From Acidimicrobiia bacterium (GTDB lineage Bacteria; Actinomycetota; Acidimicrobiia; IMCC26256; JBBRZM01), in assembly GCA_038236695.1 (NCBI GenBank), contig JBBRZM010000010.1, positions 2,363 to 66,362 of the forward strand: 64,000 bases of DNA, written 5' to 3'. Shown here one piece after another: positions 28,534-37,449 of the stretch; the stretch's first letter is position 1, and each line of letters begins with the position of its first letter. The position numbers were made by a program, and so were the translations under genes. Below the pieces are notes generated by a model that had not been told where the DNA came from, ran no database searches, and was given only the letters and a program-made list of their open reading frames with translations.

Positions 28534-29343
28534 ATGCCGATTCACTACGAGCGCGACGACGAGCACGTCGTCGTCATCACGATCGATCGCCCCGAGGCGA
28601 AGAACTCGGCCGACATGGAGCACTTCTTCCAGCTTCGCAGCGCATGGGACCGCTTCAACGACGATCCCGAGGCATGGGTCGCGATCATCACCGGCGTCGG
28701 CGACGCGTTCTTCACCGGTGCCGACTTGAAGAAATACGTGCCCGAGATCACGAAGGTCCAGAAGCAGATCGCCGGAGGCGAGATCGACGAGATCGGCGGC
28801 TACCGCATCGACGACGGCACCCGGGCGGTGCTGCGCGGTGCGAAGATCTGGAAGCCGATCATCGCCGCCGTCAACGGCTTCTGTACCGCAGGCGGCATGG
28901 AGATGCTCGGTGGCGCCGACATCCGCGTGGCGGTGCCGGAAGCGAAGTTCGCGGTCATGGAGCCCAAGCGCGGGCTCTTCGCCGGCGGCGGTACCACCGT
29001 GCGGTTGCCCCGCCAGATCCCGTTCCCGCAGGCGATGGAGTTCCTACTCTGCGCCGACTTGATCCCGGCTGACCGCGCGTACGAGATGGGCCTGCTCAAC
29101 GCGATCGTGCCGCGCGACCAACTGATGGACAAGGCGTACGAGTACGCGCGTCGTATCACTGCGAACGCGCCGCTCGCGGTGCAGGCGACGAAGCAGAGCG
29201 TGTGGGAAGGTCTGGGCATGTCATTGCGCGACGCCTACAAGAACGAGAGCGCGCTCGCGTCGGCGATCTTCCAGACCGAAGACGCCAAGGAAGGGCCGAA
29301 GGCGTTCGCCGAGAAGCGGGCGCCCAAGTGGCAGGGCAAATAG
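28534..29343 (+). CDS. Enoyl-CoA hydratase/isomerase (crotonase) family protein
   Basis: ATG 28534 (MPIHYERDDEHVVVITIDRPEAKNS). FFTGADLK and TAGGMEMLGGADIRVA. Confidence 0.85.
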   Translation: MPIHYERDDEHVVVITIDRPEAKNSADMEHFFQLRSAWDRFNDDPEAWVAIITGVGDAFFTGADLKKYVPEITKVQKQIAGGEIDEIGGYRIDDGTRAVLRGAKIWKPIIAAVNGFCTAGGMEMLGGADIRVAVPEAKFAVMEPKRGLFAGGGTTVRLPRQIPFPQAMEFLLCADLIPADRAYEMGLLNAIVPRDQLMDKAYEYARRITANAPLAVQATKQSVWEGLGMSLRDAYKNESALASAIFQTEDAKEGPKAFAEKRAPKWQGK

Positions 29344-29350
29344 CGCGCCG

Positions 29351-30874
29351 ATGCCTCCGGTTGACGGACGGGCGCCGTGCATCATCGGCGTTGCCACGCA
29401 CACGTGGCATCGCGAGGATGTCGGAGAGGCCGGTGCGCCCGAGCCGCTCGAGATGTGGGAGCACGTGGGGCGGGCCGCCGCCGGCGACAGCGGTGCGCGC
29501 ACGGCGGCGCTCGACCGCCTCGACAGTCTCCAGATCGTGTACTGCCAGACCTGGCAGTACGACGATCCGTGCGCCCGCCTGAGCGAGCGGCTCGGTATCT
29601 CGCCGCGCGACTCGTTCTATTCCGGTATCGGCGGCACCACGCCGCAAGTGCTCGTCGACGACGTCGCGACGCGCATGCTCGCAGGTGAGCTCGACCTCGC
29701 ACTGGTGACGGGCGCCGAAGCGCTGGCGACGCAACGCGCGTTCAAGCAACGGGGGGTGCGCGCGAAATACTCGTTCAAGCCGGCGGAGAAACGGCCGTTC
29801 CCGTGGGAAGCCCCGTTTCACCCGGCCGAGATCGCGCATGACGTGTTCCAGGCCTGGCTCACGTTCGCGATCTTCGATAACGCCCGCCGCGCGCACCTCG
29901 GCCGCGGCCTCGATGAGTACCGCCGCGAGCTCGGTCAGTTGCTGGCCCCGTTCACGGAGATCGCCGCGGCCAATCCGGATGCGTGGTTCCGGATCGCGCG
30001 CTCGGCCGATGAGATCGTCACCGCCGAGCCGTCCAACCGGATGGTCGGCTACCCGTACACGAAGTACATGGTCTCGATCATGGACGTCGACATGGCTGCG
30101 GCGATCATGCTCGCCACGCACGACACCGCCGACGCGCTCGGCGTCCCGCCCGCCCAGCGCGTCTACTTGCGCGGCTGGTGCTACGCGACCGACCCCGTCT
30201 ACGTCGCCGAGCACCCCGACCTGTGGCGCTCACCGGCGATGCGCGCCGCGTCGACAGAGGCTTTGCGAGCGGCGGGCGTCGACATCGACGACATCGCGCA
30301 TCTCGATCTGTACAGCTGCTTCGCCAGCTCGGTGAACCTGGCGCGCGATGCGCTCGGGTTGGGCCACGACGACACCCGGGCACTCACTGTGACCGGCGGA
30401 CTGCCGTACCACGGTGGCGCGGGCAGCGACTACGTCTCGCACTCGATCGCCACGATGGCCGACGAGCTGCGCCGCGATCCCGGTTCCTACGGGCTGGTCA
30501 GCGGCGTGGGGATGCACATGACCAAGCACGTGTACGGCGTGTACTCGACCGAGCCCGGTCCCATCACGCCGCCCGACGAGGCCGGCGTGCAAGCGATGCT
30601 CGATGCCGAGCCGCCCCGTGCGATCACCGACACGTACGCCGGTGACGCGGTCGTCGCCGCGTACTCGGTCGTGCACGGCCGCGACGGCGCGTCCGAGTGG
30701 GGGCTCGTCGTCTGCGATCTGCCCGACGGCACCCGCGTGTACGGCAAGGTGCTCGACGCCGGCCTGCTCGACACCGCGGAGCACACCGAGCTTGTCGGCC
30801 AGACGCTCCACCTCACTCCCACCGAGCTCGAAGGCCCGATGGGCGCGGTCACCGCGAACGTGGCGACAAGCTGA
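29351..30874 (+). CDS. Thiolase-like protein (acetyl-CoA acetyltransferase family, long form)
   Basis: 507 aa with a thiolase-fold pattern (DLYSCFASSV, GGLPYHGGAGSDY) plus a roughly 100-aa C-terminal extension. Confidence 0.7.
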   Translation: MPPVDGRAPCIIGVATHTWHREDVGEAGAPEPLEMWEHVGRAAAGDSGARTAALDRLDSLQIVYCQTWQYDDPCARLSERLGISPRDSFYSGIGGTTPQVLVDDVATRMLAGELDLALVTGAEALATQRAFKQRGVRAKYSFKPAEKRPFPWEAPFHPAEIAHDVFQAWLTFAIFDNARRAHLGRGLDEYRRELGQLLAPFTEIAAANPDAWFRIARSADEIVTAEPSNRMVGYPYTKYMVSIMDVDMAAAIMLATHDTADALGVPPAQRVYLRGWCYATDPVYVAEHPDLWRSPAMRAASTEALRAAGVDIDDIAHLDLYSCFASSVNLARDALGLGHDDTRALTVTGGLPYHGGAGSDYVSHSIATMADELRRDPGSYGLVSGVGMHMTKHVYGVYSTEPGPITPPDEAGVQAMLDAEPPRAITDTYAGDAVVAAYSVVHGRDGASEWGLVVCDLPDGTRVYGKVLDAGLLDTAEHTELVGQTLHLTPTELEGPMGAVTANVATS

Positions 30875-30953
30875 AGCCGCGGCGGAAACTCAGCCTCAGC
30901 GACGCGTCTTCCACGCCGGCGTCTTGGGCAGGGTGCGGCGGCCGACGTTCGCG

Positions 30954-31020
30954 TCGGGCCCGAGCACCCGTTTACTCGAGGAATTGGCCTGGTATTTGCC
31001 GGGAATGCCTCGAGTAAACG
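30954..31020. repeat. Palindromic structured element, copy 2
   Basis: TCGGGCCCGA plus a perfect 12-bp stem GTTTACTCGAGG (30970-30981) / CCTCGAGTAAAC (31008-31019). Lies 21 nt past the stop of ACAD 31042..32208 and 80 nt past the thiolase-like stop. Confidence 0.7.
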
Positions 31021-31041
31021 GTCCCCCGGGGAACCGGTGGT

Positions 31042-32208
31042 TCAGGTGGCGCGGGGGAGACCGAGCATCCGGGTGGCGAGCACGCCCTTGTTGATCTGGG
31101 TCGTGCCCCCGGCGATGGTCAACGCCCGCATGTAGACGCGGTCGCGGCCCCATCGGCCGGCGTTCGCGTCGGGCCCGAGCACATCACCGGCGACCTCGCC
31201 GAGATGCTGCTCCGCCTCACTCCACACGAGCTTCGCGATTGACGACTCGGGACCCGCATCGCGTCCGTGGATCGCGCCCGAGATCGCCCGTTCGGAGAGC
31301 AGCTTCAACAGTTCGCCCTCCAGGTAGACCTGCGCGAGCTCCTGGCGCAGGACGGGATCGTCGCTTGCCATCCGGCCGCCACCGACCGGCGTGTGCTTCG
31401 CCTCGTCGAGGAGGCTCGCGATCTTCGTGCGCAATCCGAGATGCAGATTCGCCACCGAGCCGCGCTCGTACGTGAGCGTCGTGAGTGCGACGCGCCACCC
31501 CTCGTTCAAGGGCCCGAGCAGCGCGTCGCGCGGCACGCGCGCGTCGGTGAAGAAGAGCTCATTGAACTCCTTCGCACCCGTGATCGTCGTGAGCGGTCGC
31601 ACTTCGACGCCGGGCAGCGTCATGTCGACGAGCAAACACGAGATGCCCCGGTGCTTGGGCGCCTCGGAATCCGTACGCACGAGCAGCTCGCACCAGTTCG
31701 CCAGATGACCCAGCGTGTTCCAGGTCTTCTGGCCGTTGAGGACGAAGTGATCGCCGTCGAGCACTGCTGACGTGCTGAGTGACGCGAGGTCGGAGCCGGC
31801 ATCGGGCTCGGAGAAGCCCTGGCACCAGATGTCGTCGCCGCGCAACATGCGTGGGAGAAAACGCCGTTTCTGCTCCTCGGTGCCGTGCTCGATGATCGCC
31901 GGCGCGATGTTGGACAGACCGAGCGGATTGAGCGTGCCCGGCGCGCCGGCCCGGTGCATCTCCTCCGCGAACACGACCTGTTCGATCACGCCGGCGCCGC
32001 GCCCGCCGTACTCCTCGGGCCAGGCGATCGCCGCGTAGCGGGCATCGGCGAGCAGCCGGTTCCAGACGCGGAGCTTTTCCAGCGCTTCGGGGTCGGGGTC
32101 CATGTCGAACCCGGCCCCGCGCAGCTCGTCGGTGAGGTGTTCTTTGAGCCACGCCCGGAACTCGGTGCGGAACGCCTTCGCCTCGGCGGGATAGGTGAAA
32201 TCCATCAA
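31042..32208 (-). CDS. Acyl-CoA dehydrogenase family protein
   Basis: 388 aa. GFSEPDAGSDLASL and IAGGTTQINKGVLATRMLGLPR. Confidence 0.85.
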   Translation of the reverse strand: MMDFTYPAEAKAFRTEFRAWLKEHLTDELRGAGFDMDPDPEALEKLRVWNRLLADARYAAIAWPEEYGGRGAGVIEQVVFAEEMHRAGAPGTLNPLGLSNIAPAIIEHGTEEQKRRFLPRMLRGDDIWCQGFSEPDAGSDLASLSTSAVLDGDHFVLNGQKTWNTLGHLANWCELLVRTDSEAPKHRGISCLLVDMTLPGVEVRPLTTITGAKEFNELFFTDARVPRDALLGPLNEGWRVALTTLTYERGSVANLHLGLRTKIASLLDEAKHTPVGGGRMASDDPVLRQELAQVYLEGELLKLLSERAISGAIHGRDAGPESSIAKLVWSEAEQHLGEVAGDVLGPDANAGRWGRDRVYMRALTIAGGTTQINKGVLATRMLGLPRAT

Positions 32209-32276
32209 CGCTTCCTATCAGCGCACGAGCTGCTCACGCCGGATGACCGGGATCGATCGCGCGTGCGACTTGGAAC

Positions 32277-32295
32277 CCGAGCGCCGGGCGCTCGG
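32277..32295 (-). terminator. Hairpin after the oxidoreductase operon (8-bp stem CCGAGCGC/GCGCTCGG)
   Basis: Located 73 nt downstream of the beta-subunit stop. No U-tract. Confidence 0.35.
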
Positions 32296-32367
32296 CCCGC
32301 GAGGTCTCACCATCCGACGGCTCGACGAGGAAGCCAACGTGGGGCCCGGAGCTCATCGTGGTCGGGA

Positions 32368-33258
32368 TCAGCCGTCGAGCGGACCGTGCGTCAGCCGGCG
32401 CTCGACCTCGGCCTGCTTGCGCACGTTCTCCACGTGCAGCTCTTCGGTGCTGTGGACCACGCCGTCAGCCTTGAGCTCACCCATGATGTGCACTTCACCG
32501 AGAGTCGACGTCATGTACTCGGGACCGTCGGCGGTCGGGATGAACCAGCCCGTCGGGCACATCGTCAGCACTTCGACGAACGTGAACCCGCCCCCCGCCA
32601 GCTGCGTCTCGAACGCGCGCCGGAACATCTTCTTCGTGCGTGCCACCGCGCCGGCATTGTGCACCGACCCGCGCGCCACGTAGGCCGCGCCTTGGAGCTG
32701 GGCGATGAGATCACCGATCAGGATCGGGTAGCCGTGGTACTCGGCGTCGCGGCCGTCGAGGGAGTTCTTGGTGCGCTGGCCCAGCACGCTCGTGGCCGTC
32801 ATGTGGCCACCGGTCTCGCCGAACACGCCGTTGTTGAGCAGGATGCAGGTGACGTTCTCGCCGCGGGCGGCGGTGTGCAACACCTCTTGCAGGCCTTCGT
32901 TGACCATGTCGCCGTCGCCCTGCAGGGTGAAGACGACCGCGTCGGGCAACATGCGCTTGATCCCGGTCGCGACCGACGGCGCGCGTCCGTGCAACGCTTG
33001 CACCAGGTCGAGGTCGACGGTGCCGGAGAAGCTCGTGTAGCAACCGATGCCGGCGACCATGATCGAACGTTGTGCGACGGCGAGCTGTTCGAGCGTCTCG
33101 AGGTAGACGCGCAACACGAGCGGCTCGCCGCAGCCCGGGCACATGTGATGTTCCTGCGTCAGCAACAAGTCGGGCTTGAGGCCCGCGACCTGCTTCGCGT
33201 GCTCAGGCAACACGCTCGTGTCGAGGACGGGTCCGAGCGGCGGTGATGTCGTGCTCAT
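32368..33258 (-). CDS. 2-oxoacid:ferredoxin oxidoreductase, beta (TPP-binding) subunit
   Basis: CPGCGEP and LQGDGDMVNEG...LNNGVFGETGG (TPP motif). Confidence 0.85.
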   Translation of the reverse strand: MSTTSPPLGPVLDTSVLPEHAKQVAGLKPDLLLTQEHHMCPGCGEPLVLRVYLETLEQLAVAQRSIMVAGIGCYTSFSGTVDLDLVQALHGRAPSVATGIKRMLPDAVVFTLQGDGDMVNEGLQEVLHTAARGENVTCILLNNGVFGETGGHMTATSVLGQRTKNSLDGRDAEYHGYPILIGDLIAQLQGAAYVARGSVHNAGAVARTKKMFRRAFETQLAGGGFTFVEVLTMCPTGWFIPTADGPEYMTSTLGEVHIMGELKADGVVHSTEELHVENVRKQAEVERRLTHGPLDG

Positions 33259-33267
33259 CGTGATCTC

Positions 33268-34404
33268 CTAGTACGCGCGTTCGTTGTCGGGCAGCGGCGG
33301 CAGATCGGCCTTGGCGCCCCCCCGGTGCACGGCGAGCACCCGGGCCCGGATGACTTCCGCGTCGAGCAGCGGACCAACACCGAAGCCGGAGCCGTCGGTC
33401 GAGATGCCGCCGATGCCGACGACGGGCGCGCGCCCGAGCACCCCCAGCCGGACATCGTCGATCATCTGACCCGCGCAGAGCTCGAACACCGCGACCGTAC
33501 GCGCCTGGACGGCGGCAGCCGCGACGGCGTCGGAGGGGAACGGCCACAGCGTGATCGGTCGCACGTAGCCGACCTTCTCGCCTTGGGCCCGAAGCTGGCG
33601 CACGACGTAGCGGACAAACTTCGCGGGTGTGCCGAACGCGACGACGATCGTCTCGGCATCGTCGATGAAGCCGGTCTCCACCCGTGTCTCGGCAGGCGCC
33701 ATCTCGGCATGCTTCGCTGCGATCCGACGCAAGTGACGCTCGATGCCCGGACTCTCCTGGCCGTGCTTGCCGAAGCCGAGCGGCGACACGCTGCGGGAGC
33801 GTCCCGACCCGCCGAGTGAACCGTCGACCGCCCACGCCTTCGCCGCGACGTCGCCGAAGTCAATGGGCGCGACGCCGACCGACTCTTGGGTGTGCGCGAG
33901 GAGATAGTCGCCGTAGACGAGCACCGGATTGCGCCATCGATCGGCGAGATGAAACGCAAGCTGCGTGAGCTCGACCGCCTCGGCGATATCCATCGGCGCG
34001 AGCACGAGATGCCGGTAGTCGCCGTGGCCGCCGCCCCGCGTCGCCTGGAAGTAGTCCTGGCCGCCGCGGGCCATGTTGAAGATGACCAGCGGCAGCTCCG
34101 CCAGCGTGATCTCGCTGAACGACTCCTGCATCAGCGACAGGCCCTGGCCGGTCGACCCGGTAGCGGCCCGGGTGCCCGTCGCGAGCGCCCCCCACGCCAT
34201 GCCGACCGCCTCGAGCTCGCTCTCCGCGTTGATGCACACGCCACCGGCGCCAGGGAGCTGCTTCGCGAAGTGCTCGAGTACCTCGGTGAAGGGCGTCATC
34301 GGGTACCCGGCAAAGAACCGGCAGCCGGCTGCGATCGCCGCGGTGGCGATGGCCTCCGAGCCTTCCATGAGCCGCCGGCCGGTGGCCGGTGCCGTGACCG
34401 TCAT
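33268..34404 (-). CDS. 2-oxoacid:ferredoxin oxidoreductase, alpha subunit
   Basis: ATG 34404 (MTVTAPATGRRLMEGSEAIA...GYPMTPFTE) overlaps the delta-subunit stop (ATGA). The longer track ORF runs through the ferredoxin gene. Confidence 0.85.
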   Translation of the reverse strand: MTVTAPATGRRLMEGSEAIATAAIAAGCRFFAGYPMTPFTEVLEHFAKQLPGAGGVCINAESELEAVGMAWGALATGTRAATGSTGQGLSLMQESFSEITLAELPLVIFNMARGGQDYFQATRGGGHGDYRHLVLAPMDIAEAVELTQLAFHLADRWRNPVLVYGDYLLAHTQESVGVAPIDFGDVAAKAWAVDGSLGGSGRSRSVSPLGFGKHGQESPGIERHLRRIAAKHAEMAPAETRVETGFIDDAETIVVAFGTPAKFVRYVVRQLRAQGEKVGYVRPITLWPFPSDAVAAAAVQARTVAVFELCAGQMIDDVRLGVLGRAPVVGIGGISTDGSGFGVGPLLDAEVIRARVLAVHRGGAKADLPPLPDNERAY

Positions 34405-34661
34405 TGCGCCACCTCGATCTCGGTGACCACGGGCGTGTCGAAGCGGAACACACGAAACACGAAATCGGGGCACACCAGCAGACATGCCGCACAGCCGGTA
34501 CAGCCCGGATGGAGCTGCGGGTAGCGATACCCGAGGTGGTTGACGTCGTTCGACATCGACAGCACGCGCGGCGGACACGCGGTGATGCACAGTTCGCAGC
34601 CCTTGCAGGTCTCGACGTCGATCGTGATCGTGCCGCGACTCTTGATCGTCTCGGCTGTCAT
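34401..34661 (-). CDS. 2-oxoacid:ferredoxin oxidoreductase, delta subunit (2x[4Fe-4S] ferredoxin)
   Basis: CKGCELCITACP and CTGCAACLLVCP. ATG 34661 overlaps the gamma-subunit stop. Confidence 0.8.
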   Translation of the reverse strand: MTAETIKSRGTITIDVETCKGCELCITACPPRVLSMSNDVNHLGYRYPQLHPGCTGCAACLLVCPDFVFRVFRFDTPVVTEIEVAQ

Positions 34662-35239
34662 GTCGCCACCACCGTTTCGGGCCATGCCGGCGCCGCAAGC
34701 CGATCGGCTCGTTCGAATCCCGCGCCGATCGCGAGCTCGTTGGCCGCGATGTGTTGGGTGCGGTAGGGCGGGATCGACTGTCGCATGGCCTCGACGGTCG
34801 ATTCGAGACTGACGAGGCCCGTGATCCCGACGTAGGCGCCCGCCATCACCATCGAAGCCCCGAGCTCGTTGCCGAGCTCTGCCGCAACGTCGGTCGCCGG
34901 TACTCGGATGACTTGATACGCGTCGGTGTCGAGCGCGGTTTCGAACGTCGCGTCGTTGACGAGTACGAGGGCACCTGGTCGCAGCTTCGCGGCGAGGGGA
35001 GTCCAGAACTTGTCGTGCATGGCGATCGCGGACCAGGTGTGGGACACCAACGGGGGAGCGACGAGCGGACCGTGGCCGACCACGACTGTCGCATCGGTGT
35101 TCATGCCGCGCATCGCGCCGGCGTAGACACCGAACAGCATGACGTTGCGTCCCTCGAGGGTCGCGGCGCGCGCGATGACTTGCGCGGCGAGCTGCACTCC
35201 TTGGCCGCCGATCCCGGTGAGCAAGACCTCACGTTCCAC
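34658..35239 (-). CDS. 2-oxoacid:ferredoxin oxidoreductase, gamma subunit
   Basis: GTG 35239 (VEREVLLTGIGGQGVQLAAQ). Overlaps the TetR stop by 11 nt. Confidence 0.8.
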   Translation of the reverse strand: MEREVLLTGIGGQGVQLAAQVIARAATLEGRNVMLFGVYAGAMRGMNTDATVVVGHGPLVAPPLVSHTWSAIAMHDKFWTPLAAKLRPGALVLVNDATFETALDTDAYQVIRVPATDVAAELGNELGASMVMAGAYVGITGLVSLESTVEAMRQSIPPYRTQHIAANELAIGAGFERADRLAAPAWPETVVAT

Positions 35240-35876
35240 TGATGCCCCCCAATGCGAACTGCACGAGGTGCTCGACGTCACGCTTCGACGGTGTCTCCGA
35301 TCGGACGAGCGCATCGTGCATGGAGCCCATCGTCAGGTGGTACACCGCGTCGGCGTCTCGCTGGGCGTCGCCACCAGCGGCCGTGATCGCGTCGCGCAGA
35401 GGGCGGACGAGCAGCTCGCGAGAATGCGCGGTCTCGCCGGGAAACTGGTCGGCGAGGCGGCTCGCGTGCAACGCGAACGGCCGGGTGTTGGCCGCGGCGT
35501 CGGGATTCCGCGCCTGCTCCATGACGCCCTCGATCCAACGCCGGACCTGTTGCAGAGAATTGTGTGCGCCGGCCATCCGGTGCTCCAGGTAATCGACGAG
35601 CCGGCGCTGCCCGTCGTCGAGCACCGCGAGCAAGAGCTCGTCCTTGCTGCGGAAGTGGCGGTAGAAGGCCTGGTTCGACAACCCGGCGCGCCGCACGATG
35701 TCGCTCACGCGCGGCTCGATGCTGCCGGTGCGGCGCATCACCGCGTACGTCGCGTCGACAAGCGCCTGCACCTCGTGCTCGTAGACGACACGCCGGTCGG
35801 CCAGCGAACGGGTGGTGGCCTGCGCGGTCAGCGAGGGCTCCACCGCAGGAACGACGTTCTGCATATCCGGAATCAT
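35229..35876 (-). CDS. TetR/AcrR family transcriptional regulator
   Basis: HTH VSDIVRRAGLSNQAFYRHFRSKDELL. 215 aa. First gene of the oxidoreductase operon. Confidence 0.85.
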   Translation of the reverse strand: MIPDMQNVVPAVEPSLTAQATTRSLADRRVVYEHEVQALVDATYAVMRRTGSIEPRVSDIVRRAGLSNQAFYRHFRSKDELLLAVLDDGQRRLVDYLEHRMAGAHNSLQQVRRWIEGVMEQARNPDAAANTRPFALHASRLADQFPGETAHSRELLVRPLRDAITAAGGDAQRDADAVYHLTMGSMHDALVRSETPSKRDVEHLVQFALGGISGT

Positions 35877-35887
35877 ATTCCCGATCG

Positions 35888-35907
35888 CGACCGGCCGCTA
35901 CCGGTCG
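35888..35907. promoter_or_regulatory. Inverted repeat CGACCGG-N6-CCGGTCG upstream of the TetR gene
   Basis: Perfect 7-bp arms, 12 nt upstream of the TetR start codon, in a 66-nt gap. Confidence 0.35.
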
Positions 35908-35942
35908 GTCGGCAAGCCCTCGTTCGCACCAGGGCGGCTCTT

Positions 35943-37418
35943 TTATGGGGAAGGCCTACTCCGGGCGCGGGCGGCGCCGATCCGCTCGACGAGGAGGGTG
36001 CGCTGGACCTGGCCGGTCGCCGCGGTGCGGGGCAGCGCGTCGACGACCTCGATCCGGCGGGGATGCTTGAACGGCGCGAGGCGACCTTCGCAGAACGCGC
36101 GCAACTCCTCGAGGCTCGGAACGGGTGCGCCCGAGTCGGCGACCACCACCGCACACACGGTCTCGCCCCACTGCGGATCGGCAACGCCGACCACCGCGAC
36201 CTCGGCGATCGCAGCATGCTCGGCGAGCACGGATTCGACCTCTGCCGGCGCAACCGTTTCGCCGCCGGTGCGGATCACATCCCGGAGGCGCCCGACGATC
36301 GAGAGGTACCCTTCGTCGTCGAGCACGCCCACATCGCCGGAGTGGTACCAGCCGTCGCGCAATGCCGCTGCGGTTGCGTCGGGATCGTCGAAGTAACCGT
36401 CCATCAGCAGCTCGCTGCGGATGCAGACCTCACCGGCGTCACTCAGACGCACGGACACTCCGGGATGGGGGAGGCCCACGCTTCCGGGCTTGCGCAGCAC
36501 GTCCTCGTGCGGCAGCACCGTACCGGCACCGGCCTCGGTGTTGCCGTAAAAGATGCGCGTGACGGTGTGGGGCAGCGCGGCGCGAATCGCGGCGACGAGC
36601 TCCGGCGTGGTCGCCGACGTGCCGGTGTCGGCCTCCCGCAGCGCGGCGAGGTCGTAGCGCGCGATTCCATGATCGAGCATGCGCGACCAGACGGCCGGTA
36701 TCGCGTACAGCCGCGCGGCGCGACGGCGCTCAGCCGCGTGCAACAGCGATTCCGCGTCGGCAGTGCCCATGAGATGGATCGCGCTCCGGGTCTGCCACGC
36801 ACCGAGCGTCAGTGACCAGCCCGCCATGTGGAACAGCGGGAACATGCACACCGTGCCGCCGTCGGCTGCGGCGGCGAGCGATGGAAAGCTGCGGAGGTAG
36901 TTGACCCGGTGGGACAGGACGACACCTTTGGGCCGGCCGGTACTGCCGCTGGTGAAGAAGATGACGTGCGGGTCTCGTTCGTCGAGCCCGGGTGCGTCGA
37001 CGTCGATTGCGCTCGCGGCGTCGGCTCGTCTCACGAGGTCGCGGGTGGAGATCGAGGGCACGTCGATCGTCGAAGTCGCATCGGCGAGCGCGCGGTCGTC
37101 GGCGATGAGCAGCCGCGGTCGTGCGTACTCGAGCACCGCTGTGGCTTCGGAGACGCCGAGACGGGCGCTGACGGGCGCGAACACGGCACCGAGCTTCGCC
37201 AGCGCGCCAAAGATCGGCATCGCAGTGAGGGCGGTATCGCCCCACCACGCCACACGAGCGCCATGGGTGACCCCGAGGTCGGACAACGCGTGCGCGGTGC
37301 GGTTGGAAGTCGCATCGAGCGCAGCGAAGGTGAGCTCTTCGTCGCCGAGCGTCGCCGCGAGCCGTTGGGGCGCAACCTGCGCCGCGTGACGCACGATGTC
37401 ACCGACGAGGAGCCCCAT
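35943..37418 (-). CDS. AMP-dependent synthetase/ligase (acyl-CoA synthetase)
   Basis: ATG 37418 (MGLLVGDIVRHAAQ). FFTSGSTGRPKGVVLSHR. The track N-terminal extension is Ser/Arg-rich and overlaps the divergent gene. Confidence 0.85.
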   Translation of the reverse strand: MGLLVGDIVRHAAQVAPQRLAATLGDEELTFAALDATSNRTAHALSDLGVTHGARVAWWGDTALTAMPIFGALAKLGAVFAPVSARLGVSEATAVLEYARPRLLIADDRALADATSTIDVPSISTRDLVRRADAASAIDVDAPGLDERDPHVIFFTSGSTGRPKGVVLSHRVNYLRSFPSLAAAADGGTVCMFPLFHMAGWSLTLGAWQTRSAIHLMGTADAESLLHAAERRRAARLYAIPAVWSRMLDHGIARYDLAALREADTGTSATTPELVAAIRAALPHTVTRIFYGNTEAGAGTVLPHEDVLRKPGSVGLPHPGVSVRLSDAGEVCIRSELLMDGYFDDPDATAAALRDGWYHSGDVGVLDDEGYLSIVGRLRDVIRTGGETVAPAEVESVLAEHAAIAEVAVVGVADPQWGETVCAVVVADSGAPVPSLEELRAFCEGRLAPFKHPRRIEVVDALPRTAATGQVQRTLLVERIGAARARSRPSP

Positions 37419-37449
37419 GAGCCGGCTTTCGTCCTTTCGGTCGAGTCGC

